A stretch of DNA of 64,000 nt from Glaucostegus cemiculus (Eukaryota), in NCBI GenBank assembly GCA_976551045.1, contig CDPCPM010000153.1, positions 3,534,001 to 3,598,000 of the forward strand, in the 5' to 3' direction. The notes beneath the pieces are model-generated. The model saw only the letters and a program-made list of their open reading frames with translations. It was not told the origin of the DNA and did no database searches. Positions 1 through 12,049 of the stretch are shown in pieces; positions within the stretch are counted from its first letter, which is position 1, and each line of letters begins with the position of its first letter. The translations under genes were made by a program, and so were the position numbers.

Positions 1-399
1 ACCCACCACCCCCACCCCATCCTTTATTTTCTCTGAAAGTGAATGACAAGCCCAGCCTGACCTCCCAGCATGTCATCCTGCTCTGTGTTTAGCAACTCTT
101 GTCTATGTTCTTTTATTTATTTTCTCACTCTCTTAACTGCTCCCATTCACTCATGGCCAGATAACCTTGTTTACAGTGTAGTCCCATGGTCACCCTGCTT
201 TTACCCTGTCAGAGACATCCACCCTCCCTGCAGCCTTACAAGCTTCTTTTCTCTCCTTCCCAGTCCTGACATAGGGTCTACTCCTGTTGCAATTTATGAC
301 GTTTTAAGAGTTGTATGAGTACCTTGGAATACAATGTGTGCTTCAGGAGTCTGGTGTTGGGCATCAGGACAATGTGACAAGCCCAATGTAGCTGTCCAA

Positions 400-905
400 G
401 AGTAACTAGCCCTGGGGATGTTGGCCAGGGCGAGGATGCTTATCCTTCCATTGAATTTGGATGTGGAGACAGCATTGGTGGTATTTTTCAGTGCCTTGAG
501 ATAGTCCAGGGCACAGAAACTCCTAGGAGGGCTCCGATCATTGCTGTCCTGTAGCCTACAGGTTTTGTGCCGAGTCTGATATCTTGATCTTCAAATACCC
601 TTTTCCTCAATCGACCAAAGGTGGTGCTGGCGCATTGAAGGCAAGGGTAAATTTCATCATCATTGTCTGCCTTTGTTGGGAGGTAGTTCCCGAGATACGG
701 GAAGTGATCCACGCTCTCCAAGGTCTTGTCAGATGGCAGTGTGTTTGTTGGGGGCAGATTGGTTGAGATCTATTGCTTTGTGGATGTTGAGTGTAAAGCC
801 CTTCTTGTATGCTTAAGAAGGAGTAGAATAAGTACCCTGTGGAATACTTGATAGAAGAGGGTTAGAGAGAGGTGGAGCTCGGCTGTCTGTTCTAGGCATG
901 CACAT
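400..905 (-). mobile_element. RTE-clade LINE fragment (RT C-terminal region)
   Basis: ORF 488-721 reads VDHFPYLG...DDEI...STTFGRLRKRVFEDQDIRLGTK..YR..MI.ALL, typical of the post-RT region of RTE/BovB-like ORFs. Flanks are frameshifted. Confidence 0.85.
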
Positions 906-999
906 TCCTGTGTTCCAATAAAATTATTTTTAAGTAGAGAAACAGGATTTTGGAACAGATGTTGCAAGAAACATTGCTGAAAACTCTACTAACACCATT

Positions 1000-1720
1000 G
1001 AGGCAAGGACAGGAATTGCGCAAAAGAGGCTGGAGTCTAGAATGGAAATGTTTTAGGATATGGTCATAAAATAATTTGTAGATGAGGATTTAACATCAAT
1101 GCATTAGGCAGTGGAGAGCTAAAGTAACTCTATGATGATGGGTCAGTAAACTTGGTGTGGGACAGAATATGGATAGGAAAGTTTTGATCAAGTTTGAAAT
1201 TAAGAATGGTGGATGAAAGGAAGTTAGACAGCAATGTGTTAACCAGTAGAGTAGGATAGACAAAAGCAGAGACAAGGATATGGAGGGTGGAGGTGAACAG
1301 TGTTGCAGAGGAGGAAGTGAGCAGTTTTGGTGACAAATAGGATGTGTGTTTTAAAATTCAGATTAAGCTGATCAAGACACCATTGTTGTGGAGAGTCTGG
1401 TTCAGACTGATTGCGTAGCAGACATGATAGACTGTTAATATGTATAGAGAAATGATGGTGACAGAGCTTGGTGGAATCGTTCGAAGTGTAAAAGATCTGA
1501 TCCAGTGCTTACGAATAATGGTGTTCAGGGATACAGCAGAAAAGGAAGGGAAAAGGGGTGTGTGGTGAAGTGTGGAAAGATGAGACAAGGCATCTTTTAT
1601 GATGCATTGGCTGTGTTCGTATATCTAGGTATGAACATTACAATGGTGGTTACTTGTATCAAAGAAGCAGTGTGGGGAATGTGGTGAGGTGGATGGTATT
1701 GAGCACTTCTTTAAAAGTTG
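1000..1720 (-). mobile_element. Highly decayed L2-like LINE fragment
   Basis: Purine-rich + strand resembling the other decayed L2-like segments in the window. No intact ORF. Confidence 0.4.
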
Positions 1721-1937
1721 AAGGCAGATAATAAACACCTTTGACTTCAATAGGCAGAATTGTAATTTTGCTTGTGGGAAAACGGGTTGAATAAAATGTT
1801 ACCAAATACACCTGTTGGCTACCAAATGTTTGTTTCGTAAGTTGTTCCGTGCATAATAGGGTAAACCAGGGTGGCTGAGGCTTTGACTTTTGTGGGTTTC
1901 ACCAATGCACACAATGGCAAAAACTTTAATGTAAAGC

Positions 1938-2176
1938 AAAATACTGCAGATGTTGGAAATCAGAAATGAAAACTAAATTCTGGAGATACTCAGGAAGTCT
2001 GGCAGCATTTGTGTAGAAAGAAAATCAATATTAATATTTCAGCATAATTCCCTTTTTTTAATCACATTTGAATTCTGATTAAAAGTAGTCAACCTGAATC
2101 AGTAACTGTTTCTTTCTCTGTCTCTCTCCAATGCTTCCTGACGTGCTGAAGATTTCTAGCCTTTTCTCTTTTTATT
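1938..2176. mobile_element. Old palindromic Penelope-derived short element
   Basis: The ctgcagatgttggaaatcag...ggcagcatttgtg arm is followed by a decayed reverse-complement arm (atgcttcctgacgtgctga...tttctagc). Confidence 0.65.
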
Positions 2177-4351
2177 AAAGTTTAACTGTTCTTAATAATT
2201 TGCATCTGTTTCAGACTATTGTTACAAAATTTTTAGGTGTTCTGATTGAGGATTTAAGTAGCAATGAACCAACGATTCTCAGCTCAACTCTGTCCAAACT
2301 TTACTTATTTGAATATTTGAAATCTGAAAAGTAAGGGTTAATAAATGTGAATTCCCTGGGCTTCCAGGGCTATATCTGAAGGTCAAATTACATGGAAATG
2401 GCAGTGGGTTCTTTTGTGTGTCCTAACCTGCTGTCATAGGTTATAGAGTTTTCCCATCATGATTCCCAAAATGTTTTGTGCTCAGTGGCAATGGGTGCAA
2501 ACACAGGGTGAACGCAGAATAGAGACTCCATTCAGGCCATCTTGCATTATCCATCTGAAGGAATAAAAGTTTCTCAATTCACATCATCTACCCTGCCTCG
2601 AGCGTAACAGGTTTTATTCCTTCATGACCCTTCCAGTAGATCATTCATTGTGTAAAGTAGCTCTTCCTGACATTTGTGCTGAATTTCACATTCACTCATT
2701 TTTAATCCATGTCATCTTGTTCTAGTATCTGACCTACCTTGATAGTACTCTAGATTAATCTTATCAGCACTGCTTGTATACTATTATGAGGATCTTTCTG
2801 AGCTGCCACTTTTCAGAAATGGAGGGCATCAAGTTCACTAGTCTTTGCACACAATTGATACCATCTCTGCTCTTTCCCTGGATCACACTTATAATTACTT
2901 TTATTCTGGACTAATACTGTAAATAGCAAGGCAAGTTATCGTGTTGTGTCAGTCTCTGTTCTTGCCAGTGCTATGTTAGTAATACGTATCGTTATACCAG
3001 TGTAAAAATTCTAGAAAATTAAAATTAGTATATTCCAGAAACTGACTGTCACCCAGTCAGGTGATGGTGGGGTACAGAGTACAGAGTTAGTTTGAAAGGT
3101 TTTAAGAGGTGCATTATTTTAAATGGGTCACGTACTATCCGTGGTATTAGTTTAAGAATGTAAACAGAACTAAGCCAAATGCAGCTCGTTTGATAAGATT
3201 GTAGATCTTCTATCTCTGCTTCAATTTGCCGCTTATCATGCTTACCTTTATTCAGTCAAACCCCTAGGTCACCTCATTTTATGCTCTGTTTACAAGTACT
3301 TCTGTTTATTTTACTCTCAAACAGCCTAACTGAGGTACATTGACCTTTAGGTTGACAAGTATGAACTTACAAGAAACGGTATGAGTCGTCCAATAAGTTT
3401 CTATCGAATCAGCCAGAGACTTCAATGGAATGCAAAAGTGCAGTATCAAACTAGAAAGATCCAAATTCTTTCATTTGTGAAACCTATGCACAAAAATATG
3501 AATATGGCTGGGGTGTAGGCGGTTTGGTTGGGGTATGGAGTGAATACTTAGACATTCTTTAAATGCCTATGTATGCTCTGCTTCTTCAGATGATCTACTT
3601 CTGCTCTGCTGCCTGCAAAGCTTCATCCTGGGTCATACCATCACTTTTTCCTTTTGTAATCAGTAGGAGATCTTATTTCTTGAGGCATAAGACAACATTA
3701 TGTTACTTCTGCTTGGTGTTCTTTTGTTATAGATCAGTCCAGTCTCTGACAGAAAAAACATATCCTTTGTGTTTTTACTGAGATTGATTTGTAATTTAAG
3801 TTCTTGGCTCATATTTTTGTTAAATTGATGTTGTCTTGAATGACATTAAGCTGAAGCATTGCTTAATGTATTGGCCCCACGTGATGGGTTAATGTTCACC
3901 CCGAGTTCCAGATTTGTACAGTGCATGACCGATACTACTTTTGCCTTTTGATTTTTGTAGTCCTTGTTTTTAACTCCAAACCAGGACTTGGCTCACTCAA
4001 CTCATTCAGTGAAAAGTGATCTAGTTTAACATTTTTCTCAGTGTGGGGGAATCCTTCGCTTCAGTAGTACAGAAGCACTCTCCATTTTGGCTATGTTTGC
4101 ATGGTCATTCAGAAAAGAAATACAGATAAATCGGGCATGACTGATGTGGAAGATATACTACATTTACTGCATTTTTTTGGATTGATCCAATCAGTCACTT
4201 CTTCTAAAGTCTTTATTTAGTTCTCAAGTGCCACAGTGGTTTTGGAACCCCTGCTACTTCTCCTTTCAACAGCCTCGGATGCACCCATTAAAGCCTGATG
4301 ATTTTATCTCCTCGAATTCTGTAAACCATTTCAAAATCTGTTCTTTCTCTA

Positions 4352-4530
4352 TGATGCTGGAGGAACTCAGCAGGCTAAGCAGCATCTGTGGAAAAAAGCA
4401 AGTGGCCAATGTTTCAGGTCAGGACCCTGTAGGTCTACTGAGTTGGATGCCGCCTGACCTGCTGAGTTTCTCCAGCATCATAGTGTTTTTCAGCTAGATT
4501 CCAGCATCAGCAGTCCTTTGTTTCTCTGTT
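4352..4530. mobile_element. Palindromic Penelope-derived short element with a partial hammerhead remnant
   Basis: Inverted arms tgatgctggaggaactcagcagg...gcagcatc and gatgccgcctgacctgctgagtttctccagcatca. The minus strand carries gggtcctgacctgaaacatt. Confidence 0.75.
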
Positions 4531-4619
4531 CTTTCTCTCCAGTTAGCTATAATAATTGTTCTGTTTCTTTGGATGTAACTTTGTGATTGGGCTTGGTAAT
4601 TAGTTGAAAGTTAGTTGCA

Positions 4620-5055
4620 TTATGAGGAGAGACTAAGGGAGCTAGGGCTTTACTCTTTGGAGAGAAGGAGGATGAGAGGAGACATGATAAAGGTATACAA
4701 AATATTAAGAGGAATAGATAGAGTAAGACAGCCAGCGCCTCTTTCCCAGGGCACCAATGCTCAATACAAGAGGGCGTGGCTTTAAAGTAATGCGTGGGAA
4801 GTTCAAGGGAGATATCATAGGAAGGTTTTTTACCCACAGTGTGGTTGGGGCATGGAATGCACTGCCTGGGGCAGTGGTGGAGGCAGGTGCATTGGTCAAA
4901 TTCAAGAGATTGCTAGATAAGAATATGGAGGAATTTAAAATAGAGGGAAATGTGGTAGGAAGGGCTTTAGATAGTCTTAGGCAAGTTTTAAAGGTCGTCA
5001 CAACATTGTGGGTGGAAGGGCCTGTACTGTGCTGTACTGTTCTATGAATCTATGA
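4620..5055 (+). mobile_element. CR1 LINE 3' end, relatively young
   Basis: [21 protein letters not shown] and ORF 4757-5047 (TRGRGFKV...FFTHSVVGAWNALPGAVVEAG...FKRLLD). Ends in gggcctgtactgtgctgtactgttctatgaatctatg. Confidence 0.92.
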
Positions 5056-5224
5056 AATAGAGTGTAAAGAATAGGAATAAAAGGAATTCCTCTGATTGTT
5101 AGGATATGATAGCTGGTGTTTCACAGGAATATACACTGAGCCCCTTGCTTTTTACAATTATATCAATGACATTGATTTTTTTTTTAATCCATGGTGTTAA
5201 AAGAAATGAAAATGGAAGGGGCTC

Positions 5225-5450
5225 AGTATATGGGAGAGAAGCAGTTAACATTTCAGGTTAATCATCTTCCATTGGAACTGACCACGTTTAATAATCTTTC
5301 TACTATATTATCTCTCTACACATCAGAAAGGTTGTCATCTTGAAACATAACTCTTTTTCTCTCCACAGATACTGCCTGACTTGCTGAGCATTTCTAGCAT
5401 TTTCTGTTTTAATCTCAGATTTCCAGCATCTGCAGTTTATTTTTTTGCTT
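5225..5450. mobile_element. Decayed Penelope-derived short element, partly palindromic
   Basis: ctccacagatactgcctgacttgctgagcatttctagcattttctg...ccagcatctgcag with an upstream inverted remnant. Confidence 0.65.
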
Positions 5451-5459
5451 TTCAATTAA

Positions 5460-6700
5460 AAGAAATAAGTAAGGCAAGTGCAGAAATTTTAGTCACAATT
5501 TGTCAAATTTCATACTACTTGAAGTTGTATCATTAGATTGGAAATCTGCCAGTGTCACTCCATTATTTAGAAGGATGAGAAGGAGAAGCCAACTGGTTAC
5601 ATGTCTGACTGTTTGAATTAGTTGTGAGGAAGCTGTTGGAATGTGGCATAACAAATAAAGTGACTGAACCCTTGAATAAATATAAGCTGATCTGAGAGAA
5701 TCAACATAGCTTTAAAGTAGGTCACACAGGACAAATTCAGCAGAATTTTTTTCAGCAGGTAAGTAATGTCAACAGGGGAGTATCTGTGGACTTGCAGATT
5801 CTATATAATCCCTCATATGAGATAATTCATAACAATGAGGATGCTTCTTCATCCTCATCTTCTGTCCCTTGGGTTCAAGGATGACTTGCTTCAACTCTAG
5901 TTCCATAGTATTGAGGTGGCAGTATGGAATCTTCAGATCTGGTCACAGGGAGTCTTAATGGGTGCTTGACTTGAGAGACCACTGAATTGCAAGTAAGCAT
6001 GTGACTTGATTTGAGGATTGATTGAGCTGTAGGAGATGGAGTGAGGATAAAAGGTAAATACTCTGGCAGAATGTGACAACTAATCTGTTCTGGGGTGTCT
6101 ACATTTCTTCACATATTAATATTTAGTCTGAAGGAGTAGAGATTTGTATATCCAAGCTTGCTGATAACTAAGCACATAGTGCAGATGGAAGTAGGATGTT
6201 AAAATTGGATGTAGACGCACTGTGAGAAGGCAACATTACATCAACTGGAGGTCAACATGATTAGCTTAGTTCATTCATTCATTCTGGACCAAAATGGTGA
6301 GAAACCGATAATTACAGAGTACCCGAGTCATTAAAAGTCAGTTAACGAATACAAAAAACTGACAAAATTAATGGAATGTTGACCTCGAGGTAATGGACAT
6401 AGCTCATCTTACAGAGCCTTGATCAATTCTACGTTCGGTTTTGGCTACTGCACCTTGGGAAGAAGGTTCCTTACAGCATCCAAGGGGAAGTTGCAAAAGC
6501 TTGATTTGTGATCTCGAGTAAAGGTATTGAGGAGTGATCTGATTTGAAGAGTTTAAATTATTACTAAGATTTGATTAATTATGGATGCCCATTGTGTGGT
6601 ATTGATCAAATGGGACAAAATAGAGTTGAGGTGTTGGTCATGATTTAATTGTAGGGCAAAACAGGCTGAATGGCCTGTACCTGTTACTAATATTCTGATG
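5460..6700 (+). mobile_element. Old CR1 ORF2 remnants with a short RTE 3'-tail insert near 5860-5960
   Basis: gattggaaatctgccagtgtcactccattattt (DWK.A.VTPLF), tccaagcttgctgat (SKFADD-like), and the tail ggctgaatggcct. Confidence 0.6.
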
Positions 6701-7141
6701 TTCACCTTTACCTTAGAATAAAATAAACATTTTGATTGTTGCCAGTCTGCTATTATACACTTGCCTTCTTATTTAAATAAGTGGAAAAATTGCTTCTGAA
6801 TGATGTGGTTCTAATTATTGATCCAAAAGAGAGCCAACCTCCTGGATTCATTCATGTGATGTGGATATCACTAGCAAGGCAGGTTGCCTTTGAGTAGATG
6901 TTGATGAGCTGCCACCTTAAGCCACTGAAGTCATGTCCAGACTTGGATCTCAATTAATGTTCTGCTCCATGTTAAAAATTTCACAAATGTCCAGTTGTGA
7001 AACTAAAGTTATTACTTTTAAATATATGGCATACTCAGTTCAAGTATTTGCAAGACTAGTTGGGTGGTTACAACTTTAGTGCATTGCCATGAGCTGGTGA
7101 TTTTTGATTGCCCAGTCTCAGGCCTCTACAAAGGAACTGCA

Positions 7142-7428
7142 GGAACGGTGGTGTAATGATTAGTGTTAACACTATTACAGCGTCAGTGACCTGGGTTCAA
7201 ATCCGGCCACTGTCTGTAAGGAGTTTGTACATTCTCCCTGTATCTGCGTGGGTTTCCTCCGGGTGCTCCGGTTTCCTCCCACATTCCAAAGACGTACGGG
7301 TTAGGAAGTTGTGGGCATACTATGTTGGTGCCAGAAGTGTGGCAACACTTGTGGGCTGCCCCCAGAACACTCTACACAAAAGATGCATTTCACTGTGTCT
7401 TTCAATGTACATGTGGCTAATAGAGATC
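7142..7428 (+). mobile_element. tRNA-derived V-SINE (HE1-like)
   Basis: tRNA-like head with B box gggttcaaatcc, then the V domain ggagtttgtacattctccctg...gcgtgggtttcctccgggtgctccggtttcctcccaca. Confidence 0.88.
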
Positions 7429-7559
7429 TGATCATTTTTCTTAAGTTCCCCTATGTGGAAGTTGATACAAGCAAATGCTTTTGAATAGGCTTGAGGAGTG
7501 AAAAACATTAGATACTCATTTTGGTACCAGATGCTAATAAATCATATGATTAACAACTG

Positions 7560-7609
7560 TAGCTGGGGAGGGGGAGAAAGTGGGCTGGGACAGAGGGTGT
7601 TGAAAGAAA

Positions 7610-7641
<32 letters not shown>

Positions 7642-7950
7642 TAGGTAGATCGGAAGGAGAGAGAAAAGGACAGAGGGGATGAAGGTTACCTGAAATTGGA
7701 GAATTCAGTGTTCATGCCATTGGGTTGTAGACTACCCAGGTGGGAATATAAGGCGCTGTTCTTGGTTGTATTTGGCCTGGCAGTGGAGCATGCTGAGGAC
7801 AGACAGGTCGGTGTGGGAATGGGAAAGGGAGCTAAACTGGCTTGTAACTGGGAGCTCTATTTTGCTCCACAGATGCTGCTTGACCTGCTGAGTTTCTCCA
7901 GCATTTCATTTTTTGCTCCAGATTTCAGCATCTGCAGTCTCTTGTGTCTC
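7560..7950 (-). mobile_element. Penelope-like element ORF 3' end (GIY-YIG endonuclease C-terminus) with an inverted terminal piece
   Basis: The minus strand reads EQRLIF/HLGSLQPNGMNTEFSNFR-stop with one frameshift. 7860-7950 is the terminal motif in the opposite orientation. Confidence 0.8.
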
Positions 7951-8099
7951 CAAGTATTTGTAACTGTCTTCATAGTGGAAAGTACTAAAAATAGTTAGTA
8001 ACCAAGAGAGCAGAATATTTTAAACAGACCAAAATAAGGAATAGGCAAACTAATAAGACTCAGGAATCTGGGTCTGTTGATAGCCTGTGTTATCTGGCT

Positions 8100-8945
8100 C
8101 CAGTGATAGTGTTTGCTTTGGTTGCATTCTTTCAAATATCCCTAGATTCTGGAAGGCTTCAAGCAAATTGGAAAGCAGTGACTGTAACACCATTATTCAA
8201 GAATCAAGGGAGAGAGAAACTGGGGAATACAGGCCAGCTAGCTTATATCAGTCATTGAGAAGATGCTGGAATCCATTATAAAGAAATGATAGCATGGCAC
8301 TTGGAAAAGCGCAGCGTGATTAGGCAGAGTCAATGGGGATTTCTGAAACTGTAATTGTGTTTAACGAATTTCTTAGAAATTTTTCATGGCAAGCAAAAAG
8401 GAAATCAGTATTTCTTTAGGGTGATAGGTAATTTCATAAAGCAATTGTTGCTACACTGTAGGAAGGATGTGGTAGCAACAGAGAGTGCAGAAGAGATTCA
8501 TCAGGATGATGCCTGGAATGGAGGGCTGAAGTTAAGGAGAGATTGGATAGGCTGGGCTTATTATCACTAGAACATAGTAGGCTGAGGGGTGACCTTCTAT
8601 AGGTTTATAAAATTATGAGGGGCATAGATAACAAAGGGAGTCAGAATCTTTTTAACAGGGTAAGGGAGTCTGAACTGGATGGAACAGGTTTAAGGGGAGA
8701 GTGGAGAACTTTGAAGGAAATGCAAGGGGTAAGTTCCCTCCCACCGCGCCACACACACACCCCCCCACCCCCGAGGTGGTGGTAGAGGCAGATACAAAGT
8801 TTAAAAGGCATTTGGCCAGGCACTTGAATAGGGAAGGTATAGGACCTAATGCAGGCAAATGGGATTAGTGTAGATAGATATCATGGTCGGCAAGGATGAC
8901 GGGGGGCCAAGAAGCCCTTTTTTGTGCTGCGTAGCTCCATGACTT
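8100..8945 (+). mobile_element. CR1 LINE fragments (ORF2 middle and 3' end)
   Basis: GEYRPASL, gagagtgcagaagagattcatcaggatg, LRGDL..VYKIMRGID, and the tail gggccaagaagccc...gtgctg. Confidence 0.85.
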
Positions 8946-9059
8946 TGCAATTCTTTTGCACACTGAGCATAGAAAAACAATCTAAGGATGCCATTCTTTC
9001 TTGTCATCAAGCAGCTCCTAGTGTTTCTATGATGCCTGATGAACAGGCAGTAGGTAGTT

Positions 9060-9850
9060 TGTGAGGTGGTTCACTCCTTCCACCACTTACACGCAGCTTG
9101 TGTGTATGTTCTAATGCATGGACTCAGGTCTCAATGTCAGTGGGGATGTTGCACTTCTTCAAAGAGGCTTTGAGCACATCCCTGAATCTTTTCTGACTCC
9201 ACCTGGCAATCTCTTCCCATGACAGCACTCTGCAAGGACTGTTTTGGGAGTCTGGTGTTAGGCATGCGAATGACATTACCCTGAGCCTCAATGCTGGGGA
9301 TATTAGTCTGGGAGTTTCCTCCAATCCTTTCAATAGATTAGGAGGCCTTGCGGAGACTCTGGTGGTATCTTTCATATTTCCAGTGCCTTGTGTGCCTCCT
9401 GTAGGTAGCCGAGGTCTCTGAAACACATAGAAGAGCAGGGATCATTGCTGCCCAGTAAACCATGAGTTCTGTGCCAGCACTTAGGTCTTGATCTTCAAAT
9501 GTATCTTTTTTTGTAATTGACCAAAAGCTATGCTGGTGCATTGTAAGTGGTGGTGAATTTCATCATTGATGTGTTTGCCTTTGCTGAGTGGTGACTCCTG
9601 GAAGTAGTCCATGTTTTCCAGGCTTTCGATGAGAACCTTTTATCAGAGGGCAGTGTGATGCTGTGTGGCAGGTGGGTAGAGGACATTTGACTTGCGGACA
9701 TTAAATGCAAGGCCCCTTCCTCTTGTGTGCTTCAATGAAACGTTGATGATGGCTTGGAGCTTGGCCTCTGAGTGCACACAAATGCAAATATTGTCCGAGT
9801 ACTGCAGATTGACCCATGAAGTTTGAGTGACTTTAGTTCTGAAGTGAAGT
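9060..9850 (-). mobile_element. RTE LINE 3' part
   Basis: The minus strand reads TKVT...LQYSDN (YADD-like), FEDQDLSAGTELMVYWAAMIPALL and QKRFRDVLKASLKKCNIP. Confidence 0.85.
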
Positions 9851-9854
9851 TACC

Positions 9855-10372
9855 ATGTAATCATCCACATCTTGGAGGAGGAATATATACCAGGGACCCT
9901 CAGAGATGCTGTAATTGTGACCTCTGCAAAAAACAAGATAAGCAAGACTGCTGTCTGCCATAGGGTAAGCCTTCACCAGGGTGTTCCTCAACTGCCCTCT
10001 TCCAGTGACCAAATTTCAGTGTGGATTCCATCCATTTAGTGTCACAATATGCACGATCATCACGTGCGACTGCTCCAAGAGAAATATAGGGAGCAGGATC
10101 AGGCCACTATGTGTGGCCTTTTTCAACTTCATTAAAGCCTTTGACTTCCACAATTAGGAGTGACTGTGGAACACCCTCACAGAAATGTCTCTTTTTTTAC
10201 GTTTGCTTCATGACAGCATGCAAGTTGTGATCCTAAGCAACTGGTTAACAACAACAGAACCAGTCTTGGAGAAGATAAGTGGCAAACAAGGCTGCACCAT
10301 TGCTCCAACACTTTTCTCAATCTTTCTTGCCACACTGTTGTATCTTATCGCCAACAAACGAACTCCAACGAC
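9855..10372 (+). mobile_element. RTE LINE upstream RT part, inverted relative to 9060-9850
   Basis: The plus strand reads DLRDAVIVT, QCGFHP, AFFNFIKAFD, LRLLHDSMQ and KQGCTIAPTLFSIFL. Confidence 0.85.
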
Positions 10373-10389
10373 CTAACGGGAAACTGAAG

Positions 10390-10895
10390 GAGACGTATGC
10401 TTGCCTTAAAAGCAGTGCTTGAAGGTTCACTGGATTGATTTTGAGGGTGAAGGGGCTGCCTTCGGAGAGAAAATTAAGTAGATTAACTCTCTGGAGCTGA
10501 GGAAAAACAGGTGATCTCACTGAAATGTAAGGTTCTTGGGGAACTTTATGGGATTGTTGCAAAGGGGATGTTTCTGCTGGTGAGCTAGTCAAGACCTAGA
10601 AGCATAGTCTCAAGATAAGGGGGTTGCCACAAGACTGGGATGAGAAGGAATTTCTTCTGTGAGAATTGTGAAGCTTTGAAATTCTCCACCTCAATGCACT
10701 GTGGAGGCTGAGTCAGTAAGAGTGTTGGATTGGCTCCATTAATAATTTTAAACCTGAGATCAGTAGGTGTTGCTAGCTAAAGGTATTAAAGGGTATGGTG
10801 CTCGTGTGGTTGAATGATGTTAGGATGCAGATCAGATATAATCAGTTTGAGTGGCAGGACAGGTTCAAAGGGCTGAATGACCTAATTCTATGGTC
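10390..10895 (+). mobile_element. Old CR1 3' end
   Basis: aagacctagaagcatagtctcaagataagggg, gaaggaatttcttct, and the tail gggctgaatgacct. Confidence 0.7.
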
Positions 10896-12049
10896 TTTTT
10901 TGAAACCTTTTGAGGTCTGGATTTCAAAAGTGTATAATTAGAGCTTTTAAAATGCTAAAATTGCTACATTCTGTCCACAAATAGATTAAAGGTGATGGGG
11001 AGACTGGGAACAGATAGGTGGAATGGCAGTTTTTTTCTATTGTGTGTACAGGGAAGGTGATGCAGTGCAGATGCCTTGAATGTTCTCTTATTAAATGAAT
11101 ATCACATCATTTGCAGGATGGAAGTAGGAAAAAAGATGATGCAGCTCTTGTCATTAAACAAAACATTAAATTGCATAGTTGCTTTCTTTGATCCATTGTG
11201 ATGAATTTATCTTTCTGAAGGATGGGAATAACTATATCATAGGCAACTCCCTTTTTGTTTACAGTACCATGACTTATTGTAGTGCACAATTTCTTACTGA
11301 AGAGTCATTTAAAAAAAAATAAACTTGACTCATCAACTTGAATTCATGTCTTTTAATGGAGTGTAAAAATATTCCAACCCAGCTGCTTAAACTCTTGAAG
11401 TGAGATTGTAAGACCAATGGAAGAGTCAAACTTCCAAGGTCTGTAGTTTGCTTGCACAATGTGTCTTTCATTATGCCTGGGACTCTGTTGGACAAGGTGC
11501 AAGGCTTTCTTTTGATGTGTTGAATAATTGCATTTGACTGCTGTATCATGTATTTTTTTTTAAATAATGAAGTTAATAATTTGAAAGTCTGTAATTTGCA
11601 CAACACAATATCTGTGTTTACCCCATTGTCCTCACCAAAAAATCTATTCAAATTGTGTTCAAAAAGTTTCTGCTAAGGAAGGAAATGTGATGATGTAAGT
11701 GGTTCCTTGCAGGCTGTTACTAAACAGAAGCAATTACCCTCTATTCATATAATCAGAACGTGTTCCAGCATTAAAAAAAAGTTACTCAACACATCATGAC
11801 TGCCATTTTTTCCCCCCCCCCCCCCCACAAGAGCCCCCAAGTCTAGTCCACTCTTGCTCACTCCCACCTTCTTGGGCAGTCCCTCAGGATTGAGGATGAC
11901 TTGCATTCACTTCAGTTTTGTAGGTTCAGAGGTGACCGATGAGGCCAGTGTGGGACTCACAGACTCTTCCACAGATGGGGCAGGAAGTACCTGACAGGAT
12001 GGGTGGGTGGTGCGTGAGGTGCTGCACAGGTGCTCCCAATGCACGTACA

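Noticed and set aside
7142-7215. tRNA gene (also near 12650, 19150, 48765 and 62882)
   Set aside because: These are tRNA-derived SINE heads running into SINE bodies, and I could not fold a cloverleaf.
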